From NCBI GenBank assembly GCA_964016885.1, contig OZ024743.1, positions 364,188,001 through 364,252,000 on the forward strand: a stretch of 64,000 bases of DNA. Reading direction: 5' to 3'. A program made the translations under genes and the position numbers. This document shows positions 11,885-26,419 of this stretch, piece by piece. The stretch comes from Eledone cirrhosa. Taxonomy: Eukaryota. How positions within the stretch are numbered: position 1 is the first letter of the stretch; every line of letters starts with the position of its first letter. The notes under the pieces are model-generated. The model did not search any database. It was not told where the DNA came from and was given only the letters and a program-made list of their open reading frames with translations.

Positions 11885-14800
11885 CAACGTCATCCTTTTG
11901 TTCCAGCGATAGCTGAGAGAAAGCAATTGACAATTGACAATTGTTTCGGAGTGTTTTGCTCTTTGTCAAGAAGAGGAAAGTGATTGTGATTCGCCATGGC
12001 CACCAGGTAGATAAAAACTTCCTGTCCGTCTCCTCTAAAGGAAGACTGTGGAGCAATCTTCACAATGGACTCAGTTGATAGTCGGATCCGTCCTGCACAT
12101 GACACCAGGTGTTCGACATAAACCCACAAGTCAGCAATACTCGGACACTCGATGAGTGCAGGTAGGACGGTTTCGTCGCCATGCGCTCACCTCAGCCAGG
12201 CTCCGTTGACGGCACTTCCATGCCTGTTGAATTTATGTCGAAATGGCAAAGCTCCTCAGTAGCACTCCAAGCCAGGGATTTCAGGAAATTGTCTATGGTG
12301 CCTAGACCTAAAGTCCTCAGGAAAAGAGTGGCTAGTTGATTTTCGTCAAAGCTCAGAGTCTCCCCAAGGACGTCATCGCTCTTACTCCCAACTAACCCTC
12401 TATAGAACGCTAAGCTGGAGTTCCCACCGATCGTACTGTCCGATTGGTTGAGGGCTGTGAGCGCTTGAAGAGCGATTCCAGTCTCCAAGTGCTTCCTCTC
12501 GGTCTTCGCTTGACCCAAGACTGCTTCTCCGTTAAGGAGATGAGCGGGGGGAGGTGGTAAATTGTGTTTAGCGAACGACAACCTCACCTGTTCACTATCA
12601 CGGAAAAATTGGACATGTTGCCTTAGCGCACGTTTGGACATCATTAGCCATGGCATACCCAATCCTCCACGTAGCGGGTGTTAACAGCAGATGAAAAGCG
12701 AAAGGGTAGACGTTCCAGTGCAGTCAGACGTGGGCAAGAACAAGGCACGACGTAAAACGGACGCGATGTACGCGTTCACCACATCCACCCGACCTTTCAA
12801 GGATAGCTTCCTCTCGGCCCATTTCTGGGTGGGAGGGGCCACCTAGCACGTTACCTAGTCCATCTGGAGGTCTGGTCGAAACCAGATCCCGAGTAATTTA
12901 ATCGGCCCGTCCGTCCAGTATCCGACGACACTGTTGGACAGCATGGACATGCCTCTCCAGGTGCCGAGCTGCAATCTCACCCACTTTTCCTAGTTAAGTT
13001 TTGCTCCTGTTACCACTTTGTCCACCCTGAGAGTGGTGCTAATCATCTCAATGAGTTTGATGATCGACACCACTATGGCGACGTCATCATCATATGCTAA
13101 TACGGATCTCCCACATCCTAGTTTTCCGCGGGCTGCCCTTCAAAGTCTCTAATTTATGTAGTAATGACAAGAGCGGACAACCTTGGCGGACCGATGTTGA
13201 ATGGTTCTGAAAGGTGACCGTTCGCTCTAACCACAGAGCAGATGTCACTATGCATTGAGCGATCCAGCTTCTGAAAACGGGTCCAAAGCCTTTGATTGAT
13301 CTAAATTGGTCAGGGCCCCAACCGTGCCTGTTCCTAAGCCACCCTCCCTATGATGTATTGAATGAGTAGGAGGTTGTCGTGGATGGATCTGTCCGGAATG
13401 GCGCATGTTTGTGCCTCTCCTACCAGACCACCGATGACAAGCACCAGCCTCGTTGATAACATCTTGGCCAAAATTTTAAACTCTGCGTTTAGCAGTGCTA
13501 TGGGCCTGAATTGCCTATATTGTTTGGGTCTTTTCTCAGCAACGCTACCACCCCTCGACTCATAGAACTGGGAATACTCCCTTTCTGCTACCACTTGGCA
13601 TAGACGTCCGCTAGGATTTCGACGAACATGTCTGGCATGTTTGAGTAAAGCTCGTAGGGCTGACCATCTAATCCTGGGGATTTACCCCTCGTGCAGCTAG
13701 CCATTGCGTCCACTATTCCTCGGCTGTTATCGGTTTTTAGCAACACTCCACCTCCCTCACCGAGAGCCGTGGTATGCTATTGAAGTAGGCTCTGAAATCC
13801 ATCCTTGGATCCGACCCACCACTGCTCCCTAACATTTGAGATAAGAGTCGTTAAAAAACCATACACATCTGCTTGAGATTAAGTACCATGTACCCGTCGT
13901 GGTCCGCCAAAGACCGGATTGTGGCTTTGTTGTCACGTCGCGTCTCCGCTACTCGGCCCATTGAACGGCTTTCGTCTCCTCGCGTCTAAGAACACGCGTC
14001 TTAGCTCTGACAACGCAGGCTTCGTGCTTAGCATTGGAGAATTGGTCCAGAGCCAATCTCACCACGGGCACTTTGGCTGTGACGCCTTTAGTAAGTGCCT
14101 CTTCTAGTTTTCTAACTAGATCTCCCTCTACTCTAGTTTTCTCTATCGTTATAACCTTACTAAACTTTATCGATTCTACTCTAATATCACTTTTTAAGGC
14201 AAACCACCTTTTGTTGTTGACGATGCTCCCGTCAACGCTCGCTTAACTAATTTACTAATTCTGTCGTTGTAGTCGTTGCGCAACGGGAATGATGCGTTTA
14301 GCTTCCAGTACCCAGGTCCCTGTTTATGAAGCTTATCTAGATTAACCGCACTTATCACAAATTTATGGTCTGTGTAGTCGACTACTTTGAATTGTGGACA
14401 ACTTATACTAGACTTATCTATTTCCCTACAGAATACCCTATCTAAATACGATCTGGATGACCCGATGCGGTTTGTCCATGTCCACATTGGCACATTTGGG
14501 AAATCCAGTCGGTACCTGTCAGACAGCTGGAAGCGTTTGAGTAAGGTGGTGGGGATTTTACACCATTCTCCTCTATCTGCTAGACCCACACAGTCCCAGT
14601 TTGCATCCAAAATACCGTTCCAGTCTCCCACTAGCACGAAAGAGCGGGACGTTGCTAGAAAGGTCACGAGGTATCACGTCCAGTACCACCAACTTATTTT
14701 CTGGATTCAGGAAGATTGTCCGTATCGCGAGATCCAGGCCTTTCCGAAATAGCACAACGACTCGGCCCCCAGATCCAGGCTTTGGAGATGCGTATATCTC

Positions 14801-16020
14801 GTAGGTGCTGAAGATGCGTGCAAAATTTCGAACGCTGGAAATTCTGGTCTCGCTGATAGCCACTACATCTATGTTTAGTGACCTAAGGTCGTTGAGCAGG
14901 TAACCCTGCGTCCAAGACGATCCCAGGTCACATGCATTTACACTACCTATCCTGAATGAAGCCATGTTCTATGAAGAAGAGGAAAAAGGGAGAAACGCCA
15001 CCTACGTTAGTCTTTGGGGGAAGGACGGTTGGTCCGCTCCCCTGGCCACATGTGGGTTCGTTTACAAGTATATCTGGTGGTGGTGGTAGTGGTAGTGGTG
15101 GTGGTGGTGATGGGGGTGGGGGTGCTGCTGCTGCTGCTGCTGCTGGTGCTGGTGGTGCTGGTGCTGGTGGTGCTGGTGCTGGTGCTGGTGCTGGTGTTGT
15201 AGGTGTTGGTAATAACTGCCTCAAGGCTTTAGCTTTTTTCCTTTATTTTTTTTTTTTTTTTTAAGATGAAGTCAGAGATTGTTTTCTCTTTTTGTTGTTG
15301 TGAAAGACGGTTTGCCACTCCTCGCCTTCGTCACAATTTGTATCCAATTGTGTGACGTCGGGTAGGGGCATGTTTCACGTGCGTGGGTATTGCTGTTGGT
15401 GGTGGTGCTGCTGCATCAGTCTCTGTCGTGTTTGTTTCTGCTGCTGTTGTTACTGCCTCTTTTTCTTGCTGTCGTTGTAGATGTTCTTGCTGTTGTTGGT
15501 GTTGTTGCTGCTGCTGGTTGAGTGTTGGTAATAGTGCATATTTACGTTCTTTTATTCCCTGTTTAGGGTAGAAAACCCTTAGATGAGTGTTTACACTGCA
15601 GATATAATATCGGGGTATCCTCCCTTTCACGATTACAAACAGTTGTGTACCATTTGGCAGTCCGGTGATATCAGGAATCCTTCGTAGCTTTTCCCGATTT
15701 CTTTGGAGCAAAAGCTCCACCCCCAAACCGCTCCAGCTCTCCTGGCATGATTATTTAATTTGGAAGACATTTTCATTATTCTCTTCGTCCTCCAGGATGA
15801 CTGCTACATTTTTTACTATAACCTTTGTGCGTATTTTCCCATGTAAATTGAGATTGATAAGAAACTCTCGCTCTTTAAAGGGTTGATAGAGTGAGCGTTC
15901 GCTTCGAGTTCCGATGCGAATTTCACTTCTGTCGTCCCGTATTCTCTTCCCCTCAAGACAAAAGTTTGTTTCTTTTTTGTCCATATCTCCTTTAACACCT
16001 GTTGAGCTTCCTGAATAGAG
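11885..16020 (-). mobile_element. old, near full-length Tx1/L1-clade element (ORF1 and ORF2 broken)
   Basis: ORF2 start MASFRIGSVNA...VVAISET (14965), APE motifs LVGDWN, SYLDRVF, TDHK; RT FRPIALLNAEFKILAK; ORF1 remnants 15331-15984. Confidence 0.9.
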
Positions 16021-16840
16021 GATCGTTCCCGCGTTCCCGGCGTTTTTTTACGTCACTTGGAACGTGTGGACGATGCGTATGAACTGGTATTTTTATGTCT
16101 ACGAGAGTTACATATTGACGTTAATTAAATTTAATTATTTAATATTTATTTTGTAATAATATCTATCTGACTTTATTTTATTCTTTATTTTATCTTATAT
16201 TGTTTCATTTTATTTTATATCTATACTTATATATTTTATTTTTTACATTTATTTGATATCCTTTTTATTTTATTTTATATTATTTTATTTCATTTTTTTT
16301 TTTCTTTTGTAATTTGTACTTATCTGATAGATATATGGAGAGTAATTTGTACACCCGGGTGTACAAAGCATCACCTAATTACGTCTTCAACATTTATACC
16401 TCTATAAACGTTTCTTTATGTATCCACGTATATTCAAATAGGGTCGTTTTGCAAAAGAATTGTTATGCATTATATGTATCACAGTTTCCATATTCTCTGC
16501 ACTGTATAGTTTCTGTTCTGTATATTATGTATATTATGTTGTTATATAATGATATAATCAGGACATGGTGCGTTTTATATTGTGTGGTATAGTTTATACT
16601 ATATACTCTAATTTGTTTACTTTATATATCTATATATATATACTACTAAAACTTTGTGGTTGCTTACTTGCTTGCTTGCTTGCCTGCTTGCTTGTCTGTA
16701 ATAAAATACAGTCAAAAGACCGCATAATGGGAAAATACTTTGAAAGGAAGTTGACCCTGAAATGGGAATACGAATGGAATTAAACAAGTTTCGGAGAAAG
16801 AAACATAGAGAAGGAGAGAAAAGGAGACAGAGGATGAAAG

Positions 16841-17229
<389 letters not shown>

Positions 17230-17933
17230 ATACGTTGCTGACGATAGCTAATAAGCTTGAAACTAGTACAGCGTTCCTTTGTCAGTGTTGAACAAACGAT
17301 CAACGATGGTTGCTGGACACAACGGCTTAATACGGGATGTTTGTTTACAAACACACCGAGCATTATAATAAATGTTCGGTGAATCCATACGTACATATAT
17401 ATATGTGTGCATGTATGTATATATATATACATACTACTGTACGTCTGTATACATATATGTATGTACGTGTACATACTTATATTTAAGTAACAGCCGTACT
17501 AAGAGTGGGAAATGAAATTTCGTTTCATTTTTTCCGTTTATCGTTTTCGGTGCACCCGGACGATTAACCCACTCGATATGCAAATTGGGCTACTCAGCCG
17601 TTAATATGCTTAAGGTAAGTATATACGTTCAACAATCTGGCAGGAAGGTATACGTTGCTGACGATAGCTAATAAGCTTGAAACTAGAACAGCGTTCCTTT
17701 GTCAGTGTTGAACAAACGACCATCGTAATTCGGGCTGTTTGTTTACAAACACACCGAGCATTATAATAAATATTCAGTGAATCCATACGTACATATATAT
17801 ATGTGTGCATGTATGTATATATATATACATACTACTGTACGTCTGTATACATATATGTGTGTACGTGTACATACTTATATTTAAGTAACAGCCGTACTAA
17901 GAGTGGGAAATGAAATTTCGTTTCATTTTTTCC

Positions 17934-17938
<5 letters not shown>
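17230..17938. repeat. unclassified ~420-bp tandem-unit repeat (about 1.7 units), also at 53310-53880
   Basis: Repeated blocks CTGACGATAGCTAATAAGCTTGAAACTAG and CAGCCGTACTAAGAGTGGGAAATGAAATTTC. Confidence 0.85.
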
Positions 17939-17997
<59 letters not shown>

Positions 17998-17999
<2 letters not shown>

Positions 18000-19072
18000 G
18001 TCTTCCAATTTCATTTGGGATACTTAGGGATGCGATCATCATCCATTCTCACCACATGACCACTCCATCGTAATCAATGCTGAAATATGAGAGACTCTAT
18101 GCTGGTATACTGGCTGTGTTCGAGAGCTTCAGTGACACTCACATACATGTTCTAGTGAATGCTATGTATATGTCGAAGACACTGTTGGTGAATCCTTTTG
18201 GATTGCCTCCGGTGTGTGACTCAAATCTCACATTTATACAACACAGAAGTCAGAACAGAGCCATTATACACTTACAACTTGGTCTCTATGGAAATACTAT
18301 GCTGTGACCAAAGACGTCCATCCACTTTTCTAAATACATCACTTGCCTTCTTGATTCGGAGGGAGATTTCTTCATCTAGAGTATTGGTCATATTCACAGT
18401 GCTGCCTAGATACACAAACTTATCTACGACTTTCAATCTCTGGCCGTACACATATATATTTGGCGTTGTGTAAGCTTTGCCTGATGCAGATCGGTACATC
18501 ACCATAGTCTTTTTCAGACTGACTGATAGGCCTAGTATGCTGCATGCTTTCGAAAAAGAATCCATGAGATGTTGTATGTCACTCTCGGAATGAGCGACAA
18601 AATCACGGTCGTTTGCATACAGGAATTTGCGTATCAGTGATGTAAATATCTTCGTTTTGGCAGCAACATTCTAACATTGAATATTTTACCTGTTGTTTTA
18701 TATTTAATGTAGACCCCATGTGAGCAACCCTCAAAATCTATCACGGAAACCATAGCAGAGTACGACGCAAAGAGAGTCGGCGCCGGAATGTCTCCTTGCT
18801 TAACACCATTTTCAACCACAATGAAATCAGAGAGCTTACCACCCACGTTGACACTTGCCTTCGTTTTCACATGGAAACTTCTCAGCACAGAAACACATTT
18901 ATCAGGACACCCAAGTACCTTCAGAATCTTCCACAGGACAATTCTACTGACTATATCAAAAGCCTTTGTCAGATCGACAAACACCTAAAAATGATCCATT
19001 ATCTGGTCAATGCATTTCTCTTGCAACTGTCTCACAGTAAAGATCATGCCTGTTGTCTCCATACCATTTCTG
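17998..19072 (-). mobile_element. RTE (BovB-like) RT fragment, degenerate
   Basis: FVDLTKAFD, NGVKQGDIPAPTLF, GLSVSLKKTMVMY, VDKFVYLGS, EEISLRIKKAS. Confidence 0.88.
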
Positions 19073-19114
19073 ACACAACATATACAAATACACATACATA
19101 CATACATACATACA

Positions 19115-19146
<32 letters not shown>

Positions 19147-19176
19147 AACCTTTATTATATATATATATATAATAAA

Positions 19177-19359
19177 GGCGGTGGATTGGCAGTATCGGTA
19201 GAGGCTCGGACGCCATGCTTTCCAGCATAGTTACATCCCTTTACGATCTGAGTTCAAATCCCGCCGAGGTTGACTTTGCCTTTCATCCTTACGGGGTCGA
19301 TAAAATAAAGTACCAGTAATGCACTGGGTAATTGCTGGCCTTGTGCCTAAAGTAGAAAC

Positions 19360-19364
<5 letters not shown>
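19177..19364 (+). mobile_element. full-length tRNA-derived SINE
   Basis: Near-identical to the 10148 copy; lies between (TA)n tracts. Confidence 0.92.
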
Positions 19365-19399
<35 letters not shown>

Positions 19400-19475
19400 A
19401 GGGTTTAGAGCGATATCCACACTCATATATATGTGTGTGTGTGTGTGTATAGATATATATCGATTGTATTTCTCA

Positions 19476-19508
<33 letters not shown>

Positions 19509-21043
19509 ATGTGAGGCTATGTCAGTAACTCGAGTAAATGAGTGAGAGAGAGAAAGAAAGAGAGAAAGATGTGTTGGTTGTTCAAAACAGATGGGAAAAG
19601 AGCAATGAACAAGTTTTTTTATTAAAAGGTACAGCTTTACTCCGTCACTGCTTCGAGTTTCACTTTCTTGCATGTTTACACACACACTAACACACACACA
19701 CATACATATAGTATATGGAAGGAATATATTAATTTAACGCTTGAAATAACAGGAAGAGGGTCTTAACGTTTATATATAGAGAGATATAGAGAGATAAATA
19801 GATAGAGAGAGAGAGAGAGGGGGGAGAGAGATAGAGAGGGAGAGAGAAAAAGAGAGAAGGGGTGAACATATATGCACAATATATCGCCAAGTAGCACATT
19901 AATATAAACCAGTAGGCACACAGAAATATCTACCTAAAATATCAAACATTCTCACACACCTATCTAAAAGCCACTTGCTACGAAGTCAGTATTATCATTA
20001 GTATCCATGCCAAAACAAAACAATCTGACATTTACAAACAGGAAGCAATCAGGTGAAGCCTAGAGGGCACCTTTATTCAAATGACATTCCAAAATCTAAC
20101 AAGTGGATCAGTTAAGAAAGCATGAGACGTCAGTTTTCTAAATAGTTTTCCCCCACTCGACCGGCAGATACCGTTTTGACCCACACAGACCAAACAAGTG
20201 ATTAACTTGAGACAATGTGATAAGCGGCTTTCCCTTGACGAAGGTCAAAGGTTCTCAGTTTTAGAGACCTCCTCGTGAGTAGTCAAACACAAGAGTTTGT
20301 TAAGTAGCTGCCATACAGAATACGGTAGCATTTTCAGGGATAAATTAAGCAAACATAGATATATACATTTAGTTTCGCTTCATCAGAATCTATTTTGGCA
20401 AGAAGGTTGATTGGAGACGTATTCACTTAACCCTCATGTGTGGGACTCACTATCATGGATTAGTTGTCCAGCAGTATAAATCATTGTCTGAAGTGACGTA
20501 ATGAAAACAGAGACAGACCGGTGGAAGTGTGATCAAGTTAGGAAAGATTAGAAAGGATTATATCACATGATCTAGGAAGCTAATTGGCCACACATAGTCT
20601 TTAAAGACAAGTTCCACTAATGAATTCAGTTTAAGATAAACCTGTGATCAGTCTCGTGCAAAGCAAGGCTGGTAATAAATCCAGACCAGGTGTGAAATAT
20701 AGGCCCCATTTCAAAATGTTATTAAGTGTTTTAATAATCGTGTATGTATGAGTTATGGGTATAAACATCTGCATGTGGTATACATGATGTACTAAAGAAG
20801 AAAAAAGAATTTGAGAAGAGTAGGCCTCCTCATAATCGTAGGTTGATGCCAACTGGCCTACCTGTCAACCCCTCTCGTCTGGTCTGCTTATAATGAGTCA
20901 GGATTGTAAATAGAGAAACGTTTTGAGTATTTTTTTATTTATTTGTATACCAAAAAACATTAAATATTTGACACAGTGGAATACATTTTATGCCGTTAAG
21001 AAGAGAATTCTCAAATTTAGAAAAGAAGACCAAAAGACTCATA

Positions 21044-21147
<104 letters not shown>

Positions 21148-21335
21148 CATAATTATATATATATATATATTAATTCAAAATATTAACAAAATAGATATTC
21201 TTGTGATCAAGTATATTTTATTATACATATTTCACATATTTCAGAGGTACTGAGTTAAGTTCAACAGTACGTCCCCATCAGATAAAATAAGATTATGCAT
21301 GACATACCCTGACATAGTAGATAGTTAAGATTCAG

Positions 21336-21444
<109 letters not shown>

Positions 21445-21699
21445 AGTCTTTCCGAAGCGTTAGATTTCTCTTCTGCTTTGTGTCATAACATTTATTTTAC
21501 TGTTTCAAAAACTTTTACTACTTTCTAATTCAAAACATTACTAACTTCTCTGGATACTCCTGTTTTGCAACAACTAATAATAGTTTTAAGACTTCACATT
21601 CGCATTGATCATAGCTTCAACTAATTTCTACATCAGTAAATAAATGCCTCTATTAGATGAATTGGAATGTGCTTTTCGTTCGTGTGTGTCTAGTTGCCA

Positions 21700-21810
21700 T
21701 ATAAATGTCATCTATAGCATGCATTAAATGTCTTTTCTGTAGTCACATATACATTGGACAGACCGGCTACGTGTTGGTAGATCGTTTTGCTAAACATCTA
21801 CGAGACATCT
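21700..21810 (+). pseudogene. Penelope-like element GIY-YIG endonuclease remnant
   Basis: NVIY (other frame)...KCLFCSHIYIGQTGYVLVDRFAKHLRDI matches the PLE GIY-YIG pattern CxxC-x-YIGQT...RF.EH. Confidence 0.75.
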
Positions 21811-22614
21811 GTGCAGTTCTTCAGTCGACAAAAAGAAATGAACGAAATAACTTGATTGAGGTTCCACAAACGATGACACGCCGCATGTCGAATTATACGG
21901 ATTGTTCAATTTTCATTGGTTGGTTTTAGGCGACGTTCTAAAAATTCCGCCAATCAACAGCGTTGAACTGGTTCTTTATTTCATTGACCTCGAAGAAAAT
22001 TTGGCCTCGGTAGGATTTGAACTCAGAGTGCAGAAATATATTGAGTATCTAGTATAGAGTAACATATTAAGATTTTTGAGCTTTAAACTTTAAATCGTAT
22101 CATATGCTTCCTTACGTTGTGTGAAGGTAGTTTCAAGTGAACGGTGTTTTAAGGAAATTGTTATTAACATCGAGAGAAAATATTTTCAGACTGAACATTC
22201 TTTGTTAAAGAATAGAGATAAAATTTAACGGAAATCTAGCAGCAGTAGCAGCAACAAAAACAACAGCAGCATCGAGAACAACAATAGCTACCATCAAAAT
22301 AGCTACCATCAAAACAACAACCACCACAACAACCATCATAACAATAAGAACACTAACGAAAATCCTTTCCACAAAAATAACAAAAACAAAGCCAATCTAT
22401 TTAGCGATCATGAAGACGGTCACTAAGACTTCTGGCTTAAAGATCAAAGCTAACGATAGTAGTGGTGAGCTGGGTATTTCCTATGTAACCTGGGAAATGT
22501 CTAACTGCACTAGTTCAACCTACTTATACTAACACCAACTATTGAGACCATTGGGGTAACACTGATCCTAGGCCCTTTTACAATGGTACAGCTCACGTCA
22601 CACACTAACCCCTC

Positions 22615-22674
<60 letters not shown>

Positions 22675-23240
22675 TTATCTCTATTTCTATCTCTATCTCG
22701 TACTACTCCTCACCATATATCCAATATAGTCAACTATTGCAGATCTGTTTTATTTTAGTTTTGATTTGTTTTCTTTTGTTTTGTTTTGCTTTTTTTTTTG
22801 TTGTTGTTTTATTTTGTTTTGTTTTGTTTGTTTATTTTTTGTTTAAAAGCTGTTGTTTGTTGAATAGTTATATCAGCTCAGAACACCGGATGAGGGTTTA
22901 CGAATTCCTTCTCCGTTTAATGTCGTTGTCCACAGTTGGATAGTACATAAATGAATAGATAGATGGATAGATAGGAATAATTATATTATATAAATATATA
23001 TATAGAGAGAGAGAGATAGGGGGGAGATGGGGAGAGAGAGGGAGAAAGAGAGGGGGGAGAATACATAAATGGATAGATACATTGATTAGTAGATTGATAG
23101 ATACTTTGATGTACACGCATACACGCGGGCGCACATAAACATACACATACACATATACACACATATATACATACATACATACATACATAAATACATAAAT
23201 ATATACATATATATGTATATATATATATATTTATATATAT

Positions 23241-23356
<116 letters not shown>

Positions 23357-23683
23357 TATATATATATATCAGGATAGATTGGTAAGAAGATAAATAGAGA
23401 TGGTTTGAGGGATAGATAAATAGATAGAGAGACAGATAAATTGATAGAAATTTAGGTAGGTAGTCAGATTAATAGATACACAGATAGATTTAAGAGAGAA
23501 ATCGGGAAATAAATAGAAGTAAACAGAGATTATTTTATAGATAAGATATATAAATAATACATTAATTTATTGACAGATAAGGCACAAAAATAACTACATC
23601 CATTTAACATTCGTACACACATACACGCAAACACGCATACCTCTATAATAGATGCACCCAGCCACACTGCACGCACGCTCATA

Positions 23684-23765
23684 TATTGGGTCGTCAAGTA
23701 TGAAATGTGTAGAAATTTGTTTTTTTCTACAAATTTCTACAAATTTCATACTTGTCGACCCAATA
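23684..23765. mobile_element. 82-bp Tc1/mariner-type MITE
   Basis: 37-bp TIRs (TATTGGGTCGTCAAGTATGAAAT...; 2 mismatches), TA termini, 8-bp spacer. Confidence 0.8.
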
Positions 23766-25369
23766 TAAATGTGTGCGTGTGTATGGAATTATTCTAAGAG
23801 GGAGAAAGAAAAAGTATTGGATCATGTAGTTATACCAGTCTTATGAGATACTGGCTATATAGCCCCCTATGGAGTCCTTTCCATATGGTCCCCCATGGGA
23901 TCCTAATCATATAGCCCACTGTGGTCCCTAGTTTATTGAATGCGAGCCACAGACTGAAAACTGAAAAGAACGGTCCTGATATATTTGAAGGACGTCACTG
24001 TTGGGATTGGTCGATGCAAAGGATTCATCGTCCGTATAAAATAACCTATATGCATATCTCTATTATTCATTGCGTCCTTTACAGAGGAGCACCCAACTTT
24101 TTTACTTCCAAGGAGCCCAAATATTTAAGCAATTTTCCCCACTGACACCCCGCTACAATTACTTCCCTCCCAGATCGTTATATGGCGAGAATAACAATCG
24201 AAAGAGAGAAGTGTTTAATCACAAAGTACTTAGCTCACATTTTGAACTTAGCTCACAGACACCCAGTTCGACGTTTGTGGACCCCAGGTGGATAACTGCT
24301 GACTTAGCAGCTATAAGCTAAGGTGGACGCCTCAATCTTTTGCTTTCAGTTGTCATAAAATAAGTAAATTTCAAGTTCCATGTCATTCAGGGTGTCTTTT
24401 CCAGTAGCTATATGAAGAAAATGTAGAAACCTTCCGGACGATGCAAGGTGTTTTTTCAAGAGAAACTATTTTCAACATTTTGTTATTTACTGGGACTGCA
24501 TAGTTTTATTTATGTCTAATAAAGAGCGTGAAGAAAAATCTGTTGTTGCCAAGGAGATGTATTCTTTAATAGGTATTGTTTGGAAATTTAATTTGTTAAA
24601 TAATTTTTCATCCCCGGTTTAACACACCAACATAGTCTATGCGTAGTCCACTCTAATGCAAGCGTTGTGGCCTGGTCTCCGCTTTGATGATACTTTCCAC
24701 CCTCCCTTCCACCAGTCTTCGTGGCCCTAGAAAGACCATGGTGTCTTATATATATATATAAAACTTGCATAAAACTTTCCTGTATTACAGCCCCACATTA
24801 TACCCTAACAGATAATACGAACAATACGCGGATAATTTACGTCTTCATGTGGTAGCTAAGTATATTTTATGTTTATACCATTACTTATTTGTATAGGTAA
24901 GTATACCTTACCCGTATGTTTGTGGAGGGAACGTCTTCACGTACTAAAGTATCGTCTTCCTGTTTTCTTTAGGTTGCAACGTTTTTCGAAATATTTACTT
25001 CTGCGTCCACAGATTGATATTTTAGTTTCAGAAGATCCTGTTAAGGGTGAAAGCAGCGATTCTTTGCTTAAACTTTAATCTGTTATTTTAATATATATAG
25101 GAGAGGTTTTAATATATATATTAATATATTTTAATATATATATATATATAGGAGAGGTTAGAGATTCTAGTACTGATACTATTTACGGAGTTTCTAAAAA
25201 CAGTAGAGGGGTGGCATGAGTCCTTGTGTTTTTCGTTTAGCATGGCCTCAGCCAGATGGCTGGAGCAGGTAAAAGAGTAAAAGAATATATATATATAGTT
25301 CAAAAGGTCAAACAAACGTAGGAGTCAATAGTACATAGTTGTATTAGGTTCGCGATTGGTGAGAGTGGG

Positions 25370-25424
25370 GGAGGTTTCGACGTTTCGGACATAATCCTTC
25401 ATCAGGAAAGTAGAGAGAAACTCC
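25370..25424 (-). ncRNA. minimal type I hammerhead ribozyme (Penelope-like pLTR type)
   Basis: Minus strand reads UUUC-CUGAUGA-a-GGA-uuaug-UCC-GAAA-C-GUC-GAAA: intact core, stem I UUUC/GAAA, palindromic ACGU stem III, GUC cleavage triplet. Confidence 0.72.
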
Positions 25425-26087
25425 GAGAGGAAATAAGGAGGGTAGTAAGGAGGGAAGTTAACAAGGAGAACACGAAAAGAAGGGGAAAATAAAAATAAAA
25501 ACAGAATTTCTTTTTAAATGAAAACAAAGGGGGTGGGAGAAGTGTACAGGTCCGGGATGACAATAGTGTGGTAGTGTGTATAGAGTGGGTGGAGGGGGAC
25601 AGGGGGAAAGAAAGGGGAGGGTGAAGCAAGAAAATCAGAGTCCGGGCGGGAATGGCAGAAGGTAAGGTGTGTGTGTATGTGTAGATGTAAGTGTATGTGT
25701 CTGTGTGGATGTAAGTATGGAAGTCTGGAAAGAAGCTGGTGTATGTGAATGTAGGTTTTCAAAAACCATTGTGTGTGTGTGTTGGAGTGGAGTATATGTC
25801 TGTGCGTGTATAGTCCCTGTATGAGTGTTGGTGTGTGTGTGTGGATGGAGGGGGCCGGATGGGATGAGATAAGATCGTGTCAAATCCGGAGGTGGTGTGG
25901 GGTGAAGTGTAGGTGTGTGTGTAGATGTGCATGTGTGTGTGTGTTTGTGTGGTTAAAAGAATGGGATGCGTGGTGTGTCTGTAGGTGATGTGAGTTCGTG
26001 TAAGGTGCGTAGTTGCGTGTGTGCGGAAATGGTGTAAGTGCCTGTGTGTCTATGTTTCTGTATGGATGTTGGTGAGTGTGTGTGTGG

Positions 26088-26137
<50 letters not shown>

Positions 26138-26198
26138 TTGGTGGTCACCGATCTGTCCAGCTCATTTGTCTACCAGCATATCATGAAAAAAATTATAC

Positions 26199-26289
26199 AT
26201 CTCATATGTATTTTGTCTGACGAGGACATGTTTTGGTTTATGTTATATAAAACTTTTCATCTTCGAAATATATATAATAAAATAGAGAT
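26199..26289 (+). ncRNA. type I hammerhead ribozyme-like fold
   Basis: AUCUC..UAUUUUGU-CUGACGA-GGAcAUG...CAUcUUC-GAAA-UAUAUAUA-AUAAAAUA-GAGAU; stems I, II and III can all pair. Confidence 0.6.
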
Positions 26290-26327
26290 ATAAAGTATAT
26301 ATCTTTCGTTTATTACTATTATATATA

Positions 26328-26413
<86 letters not shown>

Positions 26414-26419
26414 CAGATT

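Noticed and set aside
20372-20386. Minus-strand CTGATGAAGCGAAAC
   Set aside because: No room for stem II and no flanking stems; likely chance.
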